A stretch of DNA of 64,000 nucleotides. Origin: Hydrolagus affinis. Taxonomy: Eukaryota. How positions within the stretch are numbered: position 1 is the first letter of the stretch; each line of letters starts with the position of its first letter. Positions 47,235-59,754 of this stretch are shown piece by piece. Both the position numbers and the translations under genes were made by a program. The DNA lies in contig JAAILG010000349.1 in the NCBI GenBank assembly GCA_012026655.1, forward strand, positions 1 through 64,000, written 5' to 3'. The notes beneath the pieces are model-generated. The model searched no databases. It worked only from the letters and a program-made list of their open reading frames with translations, and had not been told where the DNA came from.

Positions 47235-49039
47235 TTCAAATGTTTTCAACGGGTGCGTTATGTTTTTTTTCCAATAACAATGATTTAAAAGATTCTAATC
47301 CTCATTAGGACATTCTTTCGAAAGGCGCTATACAAACCTAATTTAGTGATGGAATTTGGTGTTATATTTCTCCACATAGCCATCAGCAGAATCGCTATCA
47401 AATCCACTTTTTGTTTGATAAAAGTTCAGAAATTGTAGCGTCTAAAAAAACAGTTCACAGGGACTGATGTGAACAATACCTTACAAACCACGAGTTTTTT
47501 TTAAAAAAAGACTAACTGAATGTGCGTGTATCAAACATACATTGTACATTCCAAGACAATACATCATCCCATGTAGATGCAAGTTGTTATGCATGGGACT
47601 TGAAACTACTATGGAATCTTCATTTAGTTATAGTGTTAAGAGAGTCTGCAGAATTTGAGTAGTGTTAACTCCTAATTTTGAACTTCGTATCCTTTAGATT
47701 ATTTTAAAGAACTTGTGAAAATATTGACTTCAAAGTTCGGACAGAATTCAACATTTTGCTGATTTCTGCAGAGTCTTGAAATGCTAGGAAATTCGAGTAA
47801 ATCTGGACCCAGGTTGAATTTCGAACGCCATGAAATCGATTCGCGTCAAATCACATTTCAAGCCCCTCCGTTAAAATACGACAGGTTGCAATGTACACCG
47901 TGAAACAAGACAGTTGTGCGGCGATTCCGTTCATTCAAGACACGATTTAGAACTTTACATAACAACAGATTAGACTAAAACCCTGAAATAGTTCACAAAC
48001 TTCACCCTCGAGTACAGGTGATAATACCCTCAGATACCGACTGCTCGTTGGGACTTTTTTGCGTGTGACTTCCAGGTGCTTCCAACAACTATCTTTCTGA
48101 ATAAAGCACATTTTTCTTTCTTAACTGTACCACGAAAAGGCGAGTTTAGTCTTTTTTTTTTTGGGTGGGGGGTGGAGAGGGGAAAAAGCAATAATTAAAT
48201 CGCCTTTAAGTTGTTTTTTTTTAAAAAACACAGAAATGGCATATTCAGCCTTGTCCAACCCGGAAGTGCATTGCCCTTTCTGTGTTTTGCAGCTTTTATT
48301 CTTGATCCAAGATCGGTTTTTAAAATCACCAAAGAGAGTGAGTTGGGGGTGGGGGTGAGGGTGGGGGAGAGAGCTCAACATTACACATCTAACAATAATC
48401 ACAGTCGAACACTGTTTGGGCGAGGAGGAGTGTCTGGAACTTTATTCCGAGTTGGGAGTATTCCCAATCTAGATCCATCTTTTTTTTCCTGCAATTCTCA
48501 CAGCCATGGATGTTGGGAGCGCCAGAAACCCCGCGACGTTTGCTTCATCGCTGACACGGGGATTTAATCCAATGTATTGGATATTCACTGTATCCGATCC
48601 GCCGCAAGTACTTTGTTTATATAATCATATCACAATCACAACCCCAGGGCTGAGCATTCCTTCAGGAACAGAATTGATAAACAAGAGAAACTAACCACAA
48701 ACTCACGCCGTAATCTTCCAAGTGCCAGCAACAAACAACTTCAAAATACTGCAGCAGCTGAAGTCAGAGACTCGCCTCTGTAACGCTTCTCATTCCCGAT
48801 AAAGACAGTGGCGGATTTGACTCTTAAACTTTGGGCGATAGTTTCAAGGAAGTTTCCAAACAGGAGAGAAAAAAAAATCAAAATAGACTACGTTCCGCTA
48901 CTAACTAAAGAGAGATTTTTTTAAAAAAAAGTACTTCTGAACTAAAGCGATGTAGTCCAAATTGTAGGGAAGACCTCGTAGCGAAAAGTGTAACAGCTGG
49001 CTAGTGTGCACCTAGTTTTTCCTACCTATTGACATTCCT

Positions 49040-49290
49040 ATGAAGCGCTTTATATATCGCCAACCAATAGGCAGCTGAGGGAGGGCAGAGTTAAGAGGGC
49101 GTCTGGAGGCACGGTCATGCCTTAAAGAAGCCAAGGGAGTGAGCAAGGCAAAGGGATTGTGGGATGGAGTTCCAAAAGGTGTTGCGGAGAAGCCGAAAGC
49201 CTGGCCGCCAATTTTAGGGCGGGTTGGGCTGGAGACGAGGAGGAGGCCGACGCCTGCTGAAGGCAGGTTAAACAGGTTGATAGGGGATTA
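49040..49290 (-). mobile_element. L2 3' fragment
   Basis: Reverse complement resembles 3040-3300 (...ccatcccacaatccctttgccttgctcactccc...). Confidence 0.6.
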
Positions 49291-49490
49291 AGTCACGAGC
49301 AGTGTTCAGGTTGGGATTCTTAGCACTGCAATGACGAACTATTTGAAAGCATCCCCATGACATTTCGTACACCCCACTTTATTGGTGGCCATCGCCTTGT
49401 ATTGTTGTAGCAATGTACAATTTACTTTGCTAGGACGACTTTAGCCATGAACTTCAGCCATGATTGAAGTTCCTCTTGAATGTTCCAGAG

Positions 49491-49692
49491 CAGAGATTCT
49501 CAAACTGTGGAACGCGGACCAGAGCTCCATTCAGGATGTCTGCGGAACGGTTGCGAAACAATCGAGAATGTCTGTAGTGCTTTACAATAATTAGCTAACG
49601 GTACAATCAATATTAGGAAAGATCATTAAGTGGTCCGCCAAGACCCTCAACAATTTTCAAGTGGTCCGCGAAAAAAAAACTGAGAACCACTG
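49491..49692. mobile_element. hAT/Charlie-type MITE, 202 bp
   Basis: TIRs cagagattctca / tgagaaccactg; 8-bp TSD ttccagag / ttctagag (Charlie-type nTCTAGAn target). Confidence 0.8.
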
Positions 49693-49958
49693 TTCTAGAG
49701 GTTGTTTTACCTGAACCCATTATGTAAATCCCACATTAAGTCATCTCTTTTGTACGTGTTGGGGTTGGGGGTAAAAGCCATCAATTTTTAGCGGTTGTGT
49801 AAACTAATACAGAAAACTGATAACTCGATCCTGACTTAACTTGTCACTCCCACTTAAGGCAAGTCGTCATGCTGCCAGTATCCTGATGACACATTTCCTG
49901 TCTGACTAGTCTTATTTTGTTAATAAATCCATTAATTTGCCAACAGTGCTCTATTTGT

Positions 49959-50269
49959 GGAGTCCTGTAGCTCAGCGGTTAGACTACTCGCCTTACAAGC
50001 GAGAGACCTGGGTTCGATTCCAGTCAGTGCAAAACCTTGGGCAAATTTCCTTACTCCACACGCCTAATACAGTAATAAACCCTTATATATAAAATAAATT
50101 GGTTATTGCAATCCATGACTGTTTGTGTGACACTGCTGTGCACAATTGGATGCTGTGTATTCCCTACATATATACATTCAATTCAATTTACAGTACATTC
50201 CGTGAGGCGCTTTGAGACATCAAGAAAACGTGAAAAGTGCTATATCAAATGCAAGGATTATTATTATTA
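49959..50269 (+). mobile_element. Full-length tRNA-derived SINE (family A reference copy)
   Basis: tRNA-like head with A box (tagctcagcgg) and B box (ggttcgattcc), a body, an L2-like tail and a (tat)n terminus. At least 11 related copies in the window. Confidence 0.92.
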
Positions 50270-51150
50270 GCAGGTTGAAAGGTGATAGCAGGGAGCAAGG
50301 CCGAGTAGAGCCTTGAAAGTGAGGACAAAGATTTTTAATTCTATCCTTTGATAGGTGGGGAGCTAATGGAGCTGGGCAAGAGCGGGGATGATGGTGTCAG
50401 GGAGCCTGGTGAGCAGAGGCGTTTTTAAGCCTTCAAACTACTCAGCCAAACTTCATTGGGGGCCCATCACTGACGGTAAGTTTAATAAGTACGCATGGAC
50501 ACTTTAATAAGTGCACACGCCTGCGCAATTTTATTTTATGCAAAAATTAACTTTCAGCAGGTGCGGTGCCTCTTTAGGTGGACTGCTTGATCCGCTGGGC
50601 TGGGGAGAGCTCTGGTTTAGCTGGGCTGGGCTGGGGAGAGCTCTGGTTTTCGCTATACAGGTATTTAACAAAAGACAAGAGAACAGCACACTCAAATCCT
50701 CCCATTTCGATGATTTTTTGCATTACTTTGGGGGCCCGCAATATGATGGGCCCGTCGGTGCATTGCACTGATTGCACCAACGTTAAAAATGCCTCTGCTG
50801 GTGAGGCAGAGTTCTGGATGATCTGCAGCTTGTGGAAGGAAGAGTTGGGGAGGCTAACAAGGGTGAAGTTTCCGTAGTTGAGCCTTGAGGTGACGAATGC
50901 ATGGATGAGAATTTCACCGGCCTGAGGGGTGAGGCAGTGTCAGAGTCGGACAATGTTGTGGAGCATGAGCACAGAGCCCTGAGGAGCATGAGACTGTGCG
51001 GTGGTTGGAAAAGAAACTATTGGCGGAAACAAATTGGAGACAGTGTGAGAGATGAGATCTGAACCATTCAAGGACAGAGCCTTGAAGGTTGATGGTTCGG
51101 GTGATAGGAGAGGTGGTGAAGAGGGGGAGTGGTCCACTCTGTTTTAGTGG
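50270..51150 (-). mobile_element. L2 ORF2 C-terminal fragment, split by a MITE
   Basis: With 50414-50805 removed, the reverse complement is continuous and similar to 2700-2960 (cctccccaactcttccttccacaagctgcagatcatccagaac...). Confidence 0.8.
50414..50797. mobile_element. hAT-type MITE, 384 bp, nested in L2
   Basis: TIRs CAGAGGCGTTTTTAA / TTAAAAATGCCTCTG; perfect 8-bp TSD CTGGTGAG at 50406-50413 and 50798-50805. Confidence 0.9.
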
Positions 51151-51275
51151 TTCATCTTATTTTCATAGTGATAGTCCAACACACTGCTATCACGAATAAA
51201 ATTAATTGACTACAGTGAAATTATGCAGTTTTTAGTGCCTTTGAAGAAATGTGGGGAAATGGATATTAATTTTAA

Positions 51276-51480
51276 ATAATAATAATAATCCTTGCATTTG
51301 ATATTGCACCTTTTCTTACACCACACGCCTAATAATAATCCCTCAAAAAAAATAGTAAATTGGTCATTTCAATCCACGACTGTTTGTAGGACTCTGCTGT
51401 ACGCAATTGGCTGCTGCGTTTCGCCCACATAATATACAGCCAAATCACTTTACAGTATATTCTGTACAGCGCTTTGACAC
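51276..51480. mobile_element. SINE family A copy with internal inversion
   Basis: Tail on the minus strand (51276-51315) fused to the body on the plus strand (51316-51480). Confidence 0.8.
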
Positions 51481-52108
51481 ATTAACAAACAACAAGAATA
51501 GAATTACATTTATCAAACGCCTTTCATGTCCATCTCAAAGTGCTTCAGAGTGTATGCTGTGCAAATGGCATAGAGAATAACAGTTCTGTATTGGTTTAAT
51601 TAGCTTAAGGTGCATTTTACTTTGGTCTTTGTGATAATGTGTCACCTAGGATATACTAAGGTGAATGAACTATTCTCTTGGAATTGCAGTTTGTTTGCTT
51701 TATGCAGTGCATTGATTGGTTAATGGTTGCTGCCTGGATTCACTACAACAAACGGAATCAATTATCTGCAAAGCTCTCCTAAGCTCTCACACAGATGAGA
51801 TAGCCAGTGCTGTTTGGACTTTAATGCCTGGTATCTTTTAAATTTATTAGAAACCTAGCCCTGACAGGACATAACATATTCAGAGGCAGGTAACCTGATG
51901 CTGTCTGCATTACAAGTTCTCAGATAGCTGTATTTTAACAAGGGATCAGTTGTGACTATTCATAGACTGGGACCAGAAAAGAGAGTAAACAACTTCAATT
52001 GAACTTATTCTAGCTGAACATTTCCTTTCCTCCTACTTTTGCTTTGTTACGGCTGGTGCTCTGATTCAATCAAACTGATTCTTAACAGTGGGACTTAACA
52101 GCAAAACA

Positions 52109-52379
52109 ATGCATCGATCAGGATTAAAAATGGAAGCGAAAGAACTTGACTTTGAATTTGAAATCATCAATGCACAGTTTAACGAACTGGGGAAATACAG
52201 CTTGAGACTCACAGTGGAAAATCCTTTGCTTGAAGGTTCAGGGACAGGAGTTCAGCTGTGGGTGAATGATGGTGAGAAGGTGTACACAAACTCAGGGACG
52301 ACAGACATCATCGAACAGACCAATCTTAATGAAATCTACTCCTTTCACAAGAAGAAATTTGTATTCCGTCTCCCAAAAG
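52109..52379 (+). CDS. CCDC33: Coiled-coil domain containing 33, first recognisable coding exon
   Basis: LKMEAKELDFEFEIINAQFNELGKYSLRLTVENPLLEGSGTGVQLWVNDG...KFVFRLPKG matches the recalled human long-isoform N-terminus (LKAEEKTLDLEFEV...FNEAGRYALRLSAENPL...KFIFTLPKG). The acceptor is at 52087-52088 and the frame is open upstream, so the start codon is uncertain. Confidence 0.88.
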
Positions 52380-53899
52380 GTAACTATCTTGTGACAAACA
52401 CTTTGCTGTTGAATGTGAGTTCAAAACCAAACCAAGCTTTGGATTTCTTTCTGTTGCCTTCACCTGTAAATACTTTGGGTTCAGGCCTCAATCTGAAAAG
52501 TTGAATGGTACAGTATGTCAGAACATTTTCTGAGGCTTGGGTCTGTATCAAGCTAAATCGTGGATGTAAGTTCTCTCTCCAGTGATTGTAAATTAAATGA
52601 GAACTGAAAGTTTAATGATTGGTGTTAATTGGCAATTTATTGAGGAAATTACATTTGTTTAGCGCATTTTACATTGAGAGGACATCCTAAGGCCACAGAG
52701 GTAGTTAAGTGGAGGTAGGTGGGGCTGTACAAATAGAATCTGCTTTTCTGATGTGTGTTAGAGAAGGCACATTATTATCTTGCATTATTTAGGTCTTTCA
52801 GAGAAAATAAACAATCCAAAGCACATTTTGATTTGAAGTGAATGCTGTTGTTAAAGACAAATTTGAATATGTTTAATGTGGAGTGCAGTTAACAGCATGC
52901 CTCACCATTGGTAGAACTCACTCAGGAGCATTATATACAGTATGCAATCAAAGCACGGCTTCCTTGTGGTGATCTGAGTTCACTGGCTTCTGTTGGCCAT
53001 TTATGAGGGATTGATTTATATCTTGGTAAGCTCACAGTCCAGACCTCCCCCACTCAGTCCCCCAGCTCAGGTAACCTGTTTTAAAGGCATTAACGATTTT
53101 ATTTTACAGATTGTGCTAACTGTGCACAAATGCCCCACATTATGTAATTATCAATGTGAAAAAAAAAGACTGAAAGGGATTCTGTAATATTTTACATTGG
53201 TTCATTATATTCTATTTGGGGCACTTGCTCTACACACCACATATAGGTTTACACAGAGCTGATCCAATGCTGTTGAAAAAAACTTTGTAAAGGGGGAGGA
53301 GAAGGTATCCCTTTGGCAACTCATTGTTGAAAGTCATAGTTGGTACATGGCAGTAATGATGCTGGAACCTGAGAATTTCCACATGAAAAGAGATTTGGCT
53401 CAGTGTGTGTATTGGTGATGTAATCTGCTCATGTCTGCAGTTACATTTCATGCTCCTTCCACAAAAGAAAATTCACATTAATGCGCTTTGTATGCCATGA
53501 GAGATCATTGAATTTTCATTTTGTTTCTTTATACCTCCATTTAGAATAAGCTCCAAACATATTTAAATTATATTTTAAAAATGTGATCTTTCAGAACTGG
53601 ATATGTTTTGGTCTCTGTCAAGGCTGACTATAGAGTGCTCCTGGTGCTTTTATTTTCTAACATTACACTAGCTAGTGCCCTGTAGTTATTTTGCTTTAAA
53701 ATGATGCAGTCATTATCTTTGTATTTAATATAGTGCCGATAATGTCGGCTTCACGGAGATTTGCTGTAGAGTGTGTGCCTTCTGTTGCCCTCCCAACTCT
53801 CTCCCTCCCCTCTACTCTGCCCACATCCCTTGCTCGGTTCCCGACCTGATTGTTCAGCACCTTGCGATGTTCCTCCCGATGTGAAAGGCGCACCAAAAA

Positions 53900-54185
53900 T
53901 GTAATTTTGCTGTTGTAGTGACTGTGTATTCACAGATGTATGTAGCAGCCAATTTGCACAACAAATGTTCCACAGATAGCCATGAAGCAAGTGACTGGAG
54001 GATTCTTAATACAATAGTATCATGAGATCTTTAACATGCACCTGAACACCCAAACTGAATGGACCTTAGTTGAACGTCTCATATCAAGGAATGCACCAAT
54101 GCAATGCAATCCCCCGCATTCCTGGACCTGAAGTATCCGTGAGCACAAAGTCCCACGGTGTGGTGTTTGGACCCACAACGTTTAT
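53900..54185 (-). mobile_element. Deu-domain SINE, degenerate
   Basis: Reverse complement contains tgatatgagacgttcaactaaggtcc...gttaaagatctcatg (Deu core) and tgtgcaaattggctgc. Confidence 0.6.
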
Positions 54186-54232
54186 TGGCATTTATTGAGC
54201 CAAAGCTGACTGTTTTTATCCCCTGTTCACAG

Positions 54233-54696
54233 GTTATTGTCAAAATGATAAAAATCACGACGTCCGACTACGAATTGAAGCCTTTCGACTAATTGGAACA
54301 TCCACTAAGAATAGGAAGAAAGAGGGGGAAGCATTCTTTGCGATCTACCCACGCACGAACACACCGAGAATCAATGTTTTTGCTAAGAGAAATGAGGACC
54401 TGTACTGTTACAGCGATGTGATGGCATTGCTGCGGGCACAGGAGGATGTGCTTGCCATGCATTGTGGGAGGATGGCTTATAGTGTGTCCTTTCACGAGGT
54501 GCGAGTACAGACACTTAAAGCTGGAGCGGAGCATGATCCCAAACCGCTCTCAGTAATCCAGGAGGAAGACCATCCCATAAACCCAAGGCTAGCAGCAGTG
54601 CCTGCTCCACTGCCACAGCTAGAGATACCTCCACCTCCAATGGTGATACCCCATCAACTGATTCCTTCTCCAACATTGCGTTTACCCAGTCCCGAG
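54233..54696 (+). CDS. CCDC33: CCDC33 next coding exon
   Basis: GYCQNDKNHDVRLRIEAFRL...GEAFFAIYPRTNTPRIN...EDLYCYSDVMALLRA...HCGRMAYSVSFH (human [20 protein letters not shown]...HCGSLAYSVAFH), then a Pro-rich stretch; donor GAG|GTATAT. Confidence 0.88.
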
Positions 54697-55389
54697 GTAT
54701 ATTGAATAATAATACTACTCCTTCCATTTGGTACAGCGGACATCCCAAGGCCCTTCACAAAATAAGCTGTAAAATGCAGTGATTGGGTGTTCTGTGGGCA
54801 AATACTGTAAATAACAATAATACATGCAACATGATATAGCACCTTCTATAGCATGGTTTAGAATGTGTGTTATATTCACATGCTCTGCTTAACAATGGAT
54901 ATCAAGAAGAATTGAGACTATATGTTTGGCAATGGTGTGGACAGATACAAGAGAGAATTGGACACAGTTATGTTGGTGAAGAGGATTGGGCCAGTTTTAT
55001 GTGATGTTGGGAACGTTGTTTGAATATTGGACCAATTAGATGGAGTGAAACAATCAGTTTTGGACCATTTCTATGTTGCCATTTCTCTTTAGTGAGGGCA
55101 TGCATTGGACATTAACCTTCCTCTACCTTAAGATGATTTATCTAACATAGAATGGTTTAATAAGCTTATCTGATGCACTTACTTTAAACCGGTAATATTT
55201 AGTTATTGGGTCAAAATCTGGTCTGTTGATTGATGGACACCTTGTCTGTGCCCTTTATTATCTTTGCCATTTTGTTTCAAGGAAGAAAGACCAAATAGGA
55301 TTGGCCAAGTATTTGAGATCTAGGGCAGCTGGGTTAAAAATCATCAAATGTGCATTTTTTTTCATGTTAACCCATTGTTGTCGTTTTAG

Positions 55390-55569
55390 GGCAATCCCCA
55401 GGATGAGTCAGTGGAGGAAATTGACTCTGAACCTCCTGAAGAAAGTCAACCCCCCATTCCTGTGCGGGACCATGCACCAACCCATCGGTTGCCCAGTGAT
55501 GCCAGCCTACATCTTTCATCACCTAATCATACACCTATGAGGAGCCCTGAACCTCTACCACACACTCAT
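55390..55569 (+). CDS. CCDC33: Probable CCDC33 Pro/acidic-rich exon
   Basis: ttttag|GGC...CAT|gtaagt, 180 nt, phase 0-0, in frame with the previous exon: GNPQDESVEEIDSEPPEESQPPIP... No recognisable homology. Confidence 0.65.
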
Positions 55570-55874
55570 GTAAGTGTCATAGATAGGTCTGTGGGTTGTT
55601 GAATGTGGCTCGAAACTTATATTTTTTTTAAATCCAAGGAATTGGTTGTGCAGAAAGTTGGAACAATGACTTTTCGTCTCTGGGATGTAGGATAAAATTC
55701 AGTTCAGAACAATGTCATGAAAATATTTTATTTCTGACACCTGCAGGCTCCCAAGTAAAATTAGTTCTGACAATCTCTGTTGATTTACTGTAGAATTATT
55801 TTATCTCCAACGTGTAGGGCCTGGGTCGCCTGTATATCAAGATGAAAACTACTTGCCATATTATTTGGATAGAG

Positions 55875-56334
55875 CAGTGGCTTCCAAACTTTTAAATAGC
55901 GGCGCTCCCCCTAACTCAGCAAAGTTTGCGTTGCGCCCACCCCCACCCTGCCACCTCCTCCTCCACATTGAATAATTTTCACAAATGATGACAGCTAATT
56001 CAATATTTTCTTTACCTGTTTTTAATCAGTTTTTTTTAAGTATTAACAAAAAACATAAAATTGTTTTGAAAACTATTTAAATGAAAACAATTCTTAAAAT
56101 TGTGAAATAAATTACTTACATTTACAATACTTATAATTTGTTAGTGTGATGTGTGAGCTTGCTTTTCAGTGCAAAATTTCTCGCTGACTGGCTGGGTCAC
56201 TGCCTGGCTCACTCACTCGCTCCCTGACTGCCTGCCCAGCTCACTCACTCACTGCCGGCTCACTCCCAAGTCTCAATGTTGTCGCGCCCCCTTTCCACCC
56301 AATGGTACGCACGCCCCAGGATTGGAAACCACTG
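55875..56334. mobile_element. hAT/Charlie-type MITE, 460 bp
   Basis: TIRs CAGTGGCTTCCAA / TTGGAAACCACTG; perfect 8-bp TSD GGATAGAG at 55867-55874 and 56335-56342. Confidence 0.9.
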
Positions 56335-57059
56335 GGATAGAGTGATGGTAGCATTACATTGGATCTAGAATGTACTAGCACTGATCAGGGAATAGCTAAA
56401 TGGAAAATGATTGTTCAGGAAACTTTTGTGCTTATAAATTCATCTTGATGAGCACAAAAATCTTATTTATTTCTCCCCCATCTGTAAAATATCAATGTGT
56501 TATTTTGGGAATATATTATTTTTCTGTGTTTTTTGTTTAAAAAAAAGTATTTTATCTCTGATGTCTGAGCTGCACAGATATTAAGGCAGAAACCTTAACA
56601 ACCTTAACAACAGAAAGCATTAGTGAACCATTGAATGTATAATCCTTGCTACAGAAATGTTACTAAAATTACAAGGAACCTAATGAACAGTGACAGAAGA
56701 TGAAAAATGGGTAAGTTGGGAGCAAAATAATGAGGAAGAGATCCTGGAAACTTCCATCAAATATTCTGTTTTATAAATAAAGCTGAGCTAAGATAACTTC
56801 AGAGGGGGGGAAAGGCGAAGTGCTTTATTGTTCCCTTCTGAGATTATTCCCAGGGGAACAGATCTGTGAGTGCTGAACCTGTTTTCAGAGCACTTTGAAG
56901 TACATGTAATTCAAATATTCAGAGGTATGAGCTGACTTCTGGCAATGTTTCTCACGGTAAATTCTGCTGGAAGTCAGAGGGCCAAATACAGTAATAAGTG
57001 CATGTTCTTACTTTCAATCCAATTAATAAACTTGCTAGAGCAACTGAAGTTTTGAAATT

Positions 57060-57335
57060 TCTGGTTCAGTTGGTGGGGCTCTCACCTTTGAGTCAGAGGG
57101 ATGTGGGTTCAAGCCCCACATCAGGACTCAGAACCTATATAGTCTATGCTCACATTCCAATCCCGTGTGTTGCACAATTGGACATACTGTCCTTCAGATG
57201 AGAAGTTAAACCAAGGTCCCATCCACCTGTCTACTTGTTAAGGATCCCTGGCACTATTTGAAAAGAGAAAGTAGTTTATCCTGGTGTCCTGGTCAACAAT
57301 TCCCCTGTTTGTGGGATTTTGTTTTGTGCAAATCT
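57060..57335 (+). mobile_element. Deu-domain SINE (AmnSINE1/SacSINE1-like)
   Basis: tRNA-like head (ggttcagttggt...gggttcaagccc), then gtccttcagatgagaagttaaaccaaggtccc...ttaaggatccctggcactatttgaa...cctggtgtcctggtcaac, resembling the recalled Deu core. Confidence 0.7.
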
Positions 57336-58299
57336 GTGATCTTCTGTGCAACATCCAATCTCCTTTCAAATTCTACAGCCTACAAGTGAATTGTAAATTA
57401 GGACATTGGTCTTGAACTGAGGCCTGTGATATTGCAAACTAAACGTGGTGCCTCACACTCTCTGGTGCACAGGTGGGAGGAATATATTCACATTTGGAGC
57501 AGAAGATGATTTAATCTGAGTATTCTTTTGGGAAAAGGTTGTGTAGTGCAGCACATTTCAGGTCCATGTTCGGAAACAATTCTACCTTTTAAGGCTTTTT
57601 CCTTTCTTAATTGGAGATCACCTTTTTAGAGTTCTTGTCAATTGCAGTTGTACAGTGTTGGATATAATGGGTGTTTATTGTAACCTCGACAACTGAAGCT
57701 GGCTGCAGACTGGATAGGCAAGAGGCAGCTACCAGATGGATTTGTAGACTGATTGATTATTTTATTAATACAATCTAATTATTACTTTTAATACATAGCC
57801 TTGAGTGGTGAGGGTCACTATAAATTTTAGTCGTAATAAAATGCATCTATAGTAGCTGCCAAATGGCTGTAGTAACTTAGCGCATAAATCCATTTAACCA
57901 AATTAATTATCCGTTAGATATTCTGAGCATCTCTATATTCGACTCTTAACTGTGAGGGGCTCCAGTTTATTTTGATGTCTTTGGAATGATTTGGAATTTT
58001 TTGTATTGCATTTTATGATGGATTTGATTTGGAAATGGGGGTAGGAGAAATAGAAAATAAGCTCAAAATAGGACTAATAGGAGTGGAAGCTATTCATAGT
58101 CTTGTACAGCACATTTGATTTGTGAATCATATAGGAAGGTCTGTGGTTAATATGAGGAAGGATTACAAAAGCCCACAGCTGTCAGTTGAGGCTGAGGGGT
58201 ATTATTAGTGGAGCGTGACTTTGAGTCAGGCAAGGCCAAGACAAACTGAGATTTTTTCCCTTGTTCCAAATTACAGTTTACTGTTAAATGGCAGTGTTA

Positions 58300-58650
58300 A
58301 CGTGTTTTGTGAAACAGCTCATTAGCTGTGCTTGTAAAGAAGGGGAGGATGATGTACAGAGTGTCTCGGAGGAAACTGTGACCCTAAGCATTAATGTGTT
58401 CAAATCACAGCTATAAAAGGTCAGTGGAGGGGAACTGTGGAGGAAAATGGAAGCGTACTAAGCGAGTGATGGCATTGGTACCTCCCTTGGGAATTGGGGG
58501 TTGCTGGGAGGGAGGGATGAGGTTGGGAGGAGGGATGAGATGGGGACAGAGTTATGATGTATGGTTTTAAACCTCAAGGTGACTAGGGAATGGATTAGCA
58601 GGCCTTCTATAAATGAACGGTTTCTCAGTATTGTGATGGCTTCAGACATT
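58300..58650 (-). mobile_element. Highly degenerate L2 fragment
   Basis: Peptide LLIHSLVTLR resembles the L2 motif LIHAFVTSRLD; purine-rich plus strand. Confidence 0.35.
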
Positions 58651-59754
58651 TAGTTCTGATCTATAGTGATGAATACTGTGTGTTTGCAGTAAAGAATAGA
58701 GTGTGCTTGTTTGTGTGGAGTAAGATCAGAACTTTCATTCAGTGCTGATTATGTTAAAACCAGAATGTTCAATTGCATTGAACATTCAGCTTTTTTTAAG
58801 AAAAAATTGCTTGGGGCTGGAAACCTCAGCCTTCATTGGGAGCAAGCATGATCAGCATATAAAATATTGGCGGTTGGGCCTTGCTATTGATTTTTCTTAC
58901 ACAGACCAAATCGATTAAATCAAAAAGTATAATTAGAAAAATCTATTTTTAAAAGTCATGAATATTTAAAAATCCCAACCGCTCTTTAAATGCAACTGTG
59001 CGGTGGGTTTTTATTTGCACACATCACTGATAGCTTGATGATGGAACTATATACAGCTAGTTACATACCAATGGTATCTCTAGATTCTGCTTTTAAAGGG
59101 GTTTTGTTTGTTTTGGATGTGACAGGTCTACTTACATGGGTGCACGCATGGAGAATGGCCCAGTTGTATAAGGTGCTAGAGAGTTACACATGGACTGAAA
59201 TGCACTGTACCATATTACCGATGGTGCTGAGGTAGCATTAATGGTGGAAAAATGGGAAGGAGGAAAATTTCATTACCTGGCACATTGAGGTTTCTCTGAA
59301 CAGAATCACTAATTAAGGAAACTTGATAGAAATCCTGTTGACCTACAAAAATTTACGTCTGTAAGTTGAGCAAAACTCCTGCAGTGAAAGGTGTCCCCGT
59401 TTCATTCCACTGGTTCCTTATTCACAAATACTGCAAACCAGATCATATTGTCGAACCGTATTCAACGTGTAATATTCTCATTCAAGTTTCTCCTTACTAT
59501 GCAAATTGCAAAAACAATCATTTAAGATTTGTTCCAAATGAAGTTCAAGCTCTACTTGATAGTAATGAGAAACCTATTTGTTGACAAATTTGCCGACATG
59601 GGCTCGAAGCCACAATGAGAGGTCGAAGCCGGGCTGACCTGCTATGTATAATATAAGAGTCCTGTAGAGGAATATGACATGTTCAGCTTTGCATAATCTA
59701 ATGTTATCCATGCAGCAGCTATATCATTAACTTTTATCTGTCATGGCATTTCTG

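Noticed and set aside
49959-50030. tRNA-like sequence with A/B boxes and a TAC-containing loop
   Set aside because: It runs straight into the SINE body and tail, lacks a proper acceptor stem, and recurs in degenerate form elsewhere. It is a SINE head, not a tRNA gene.
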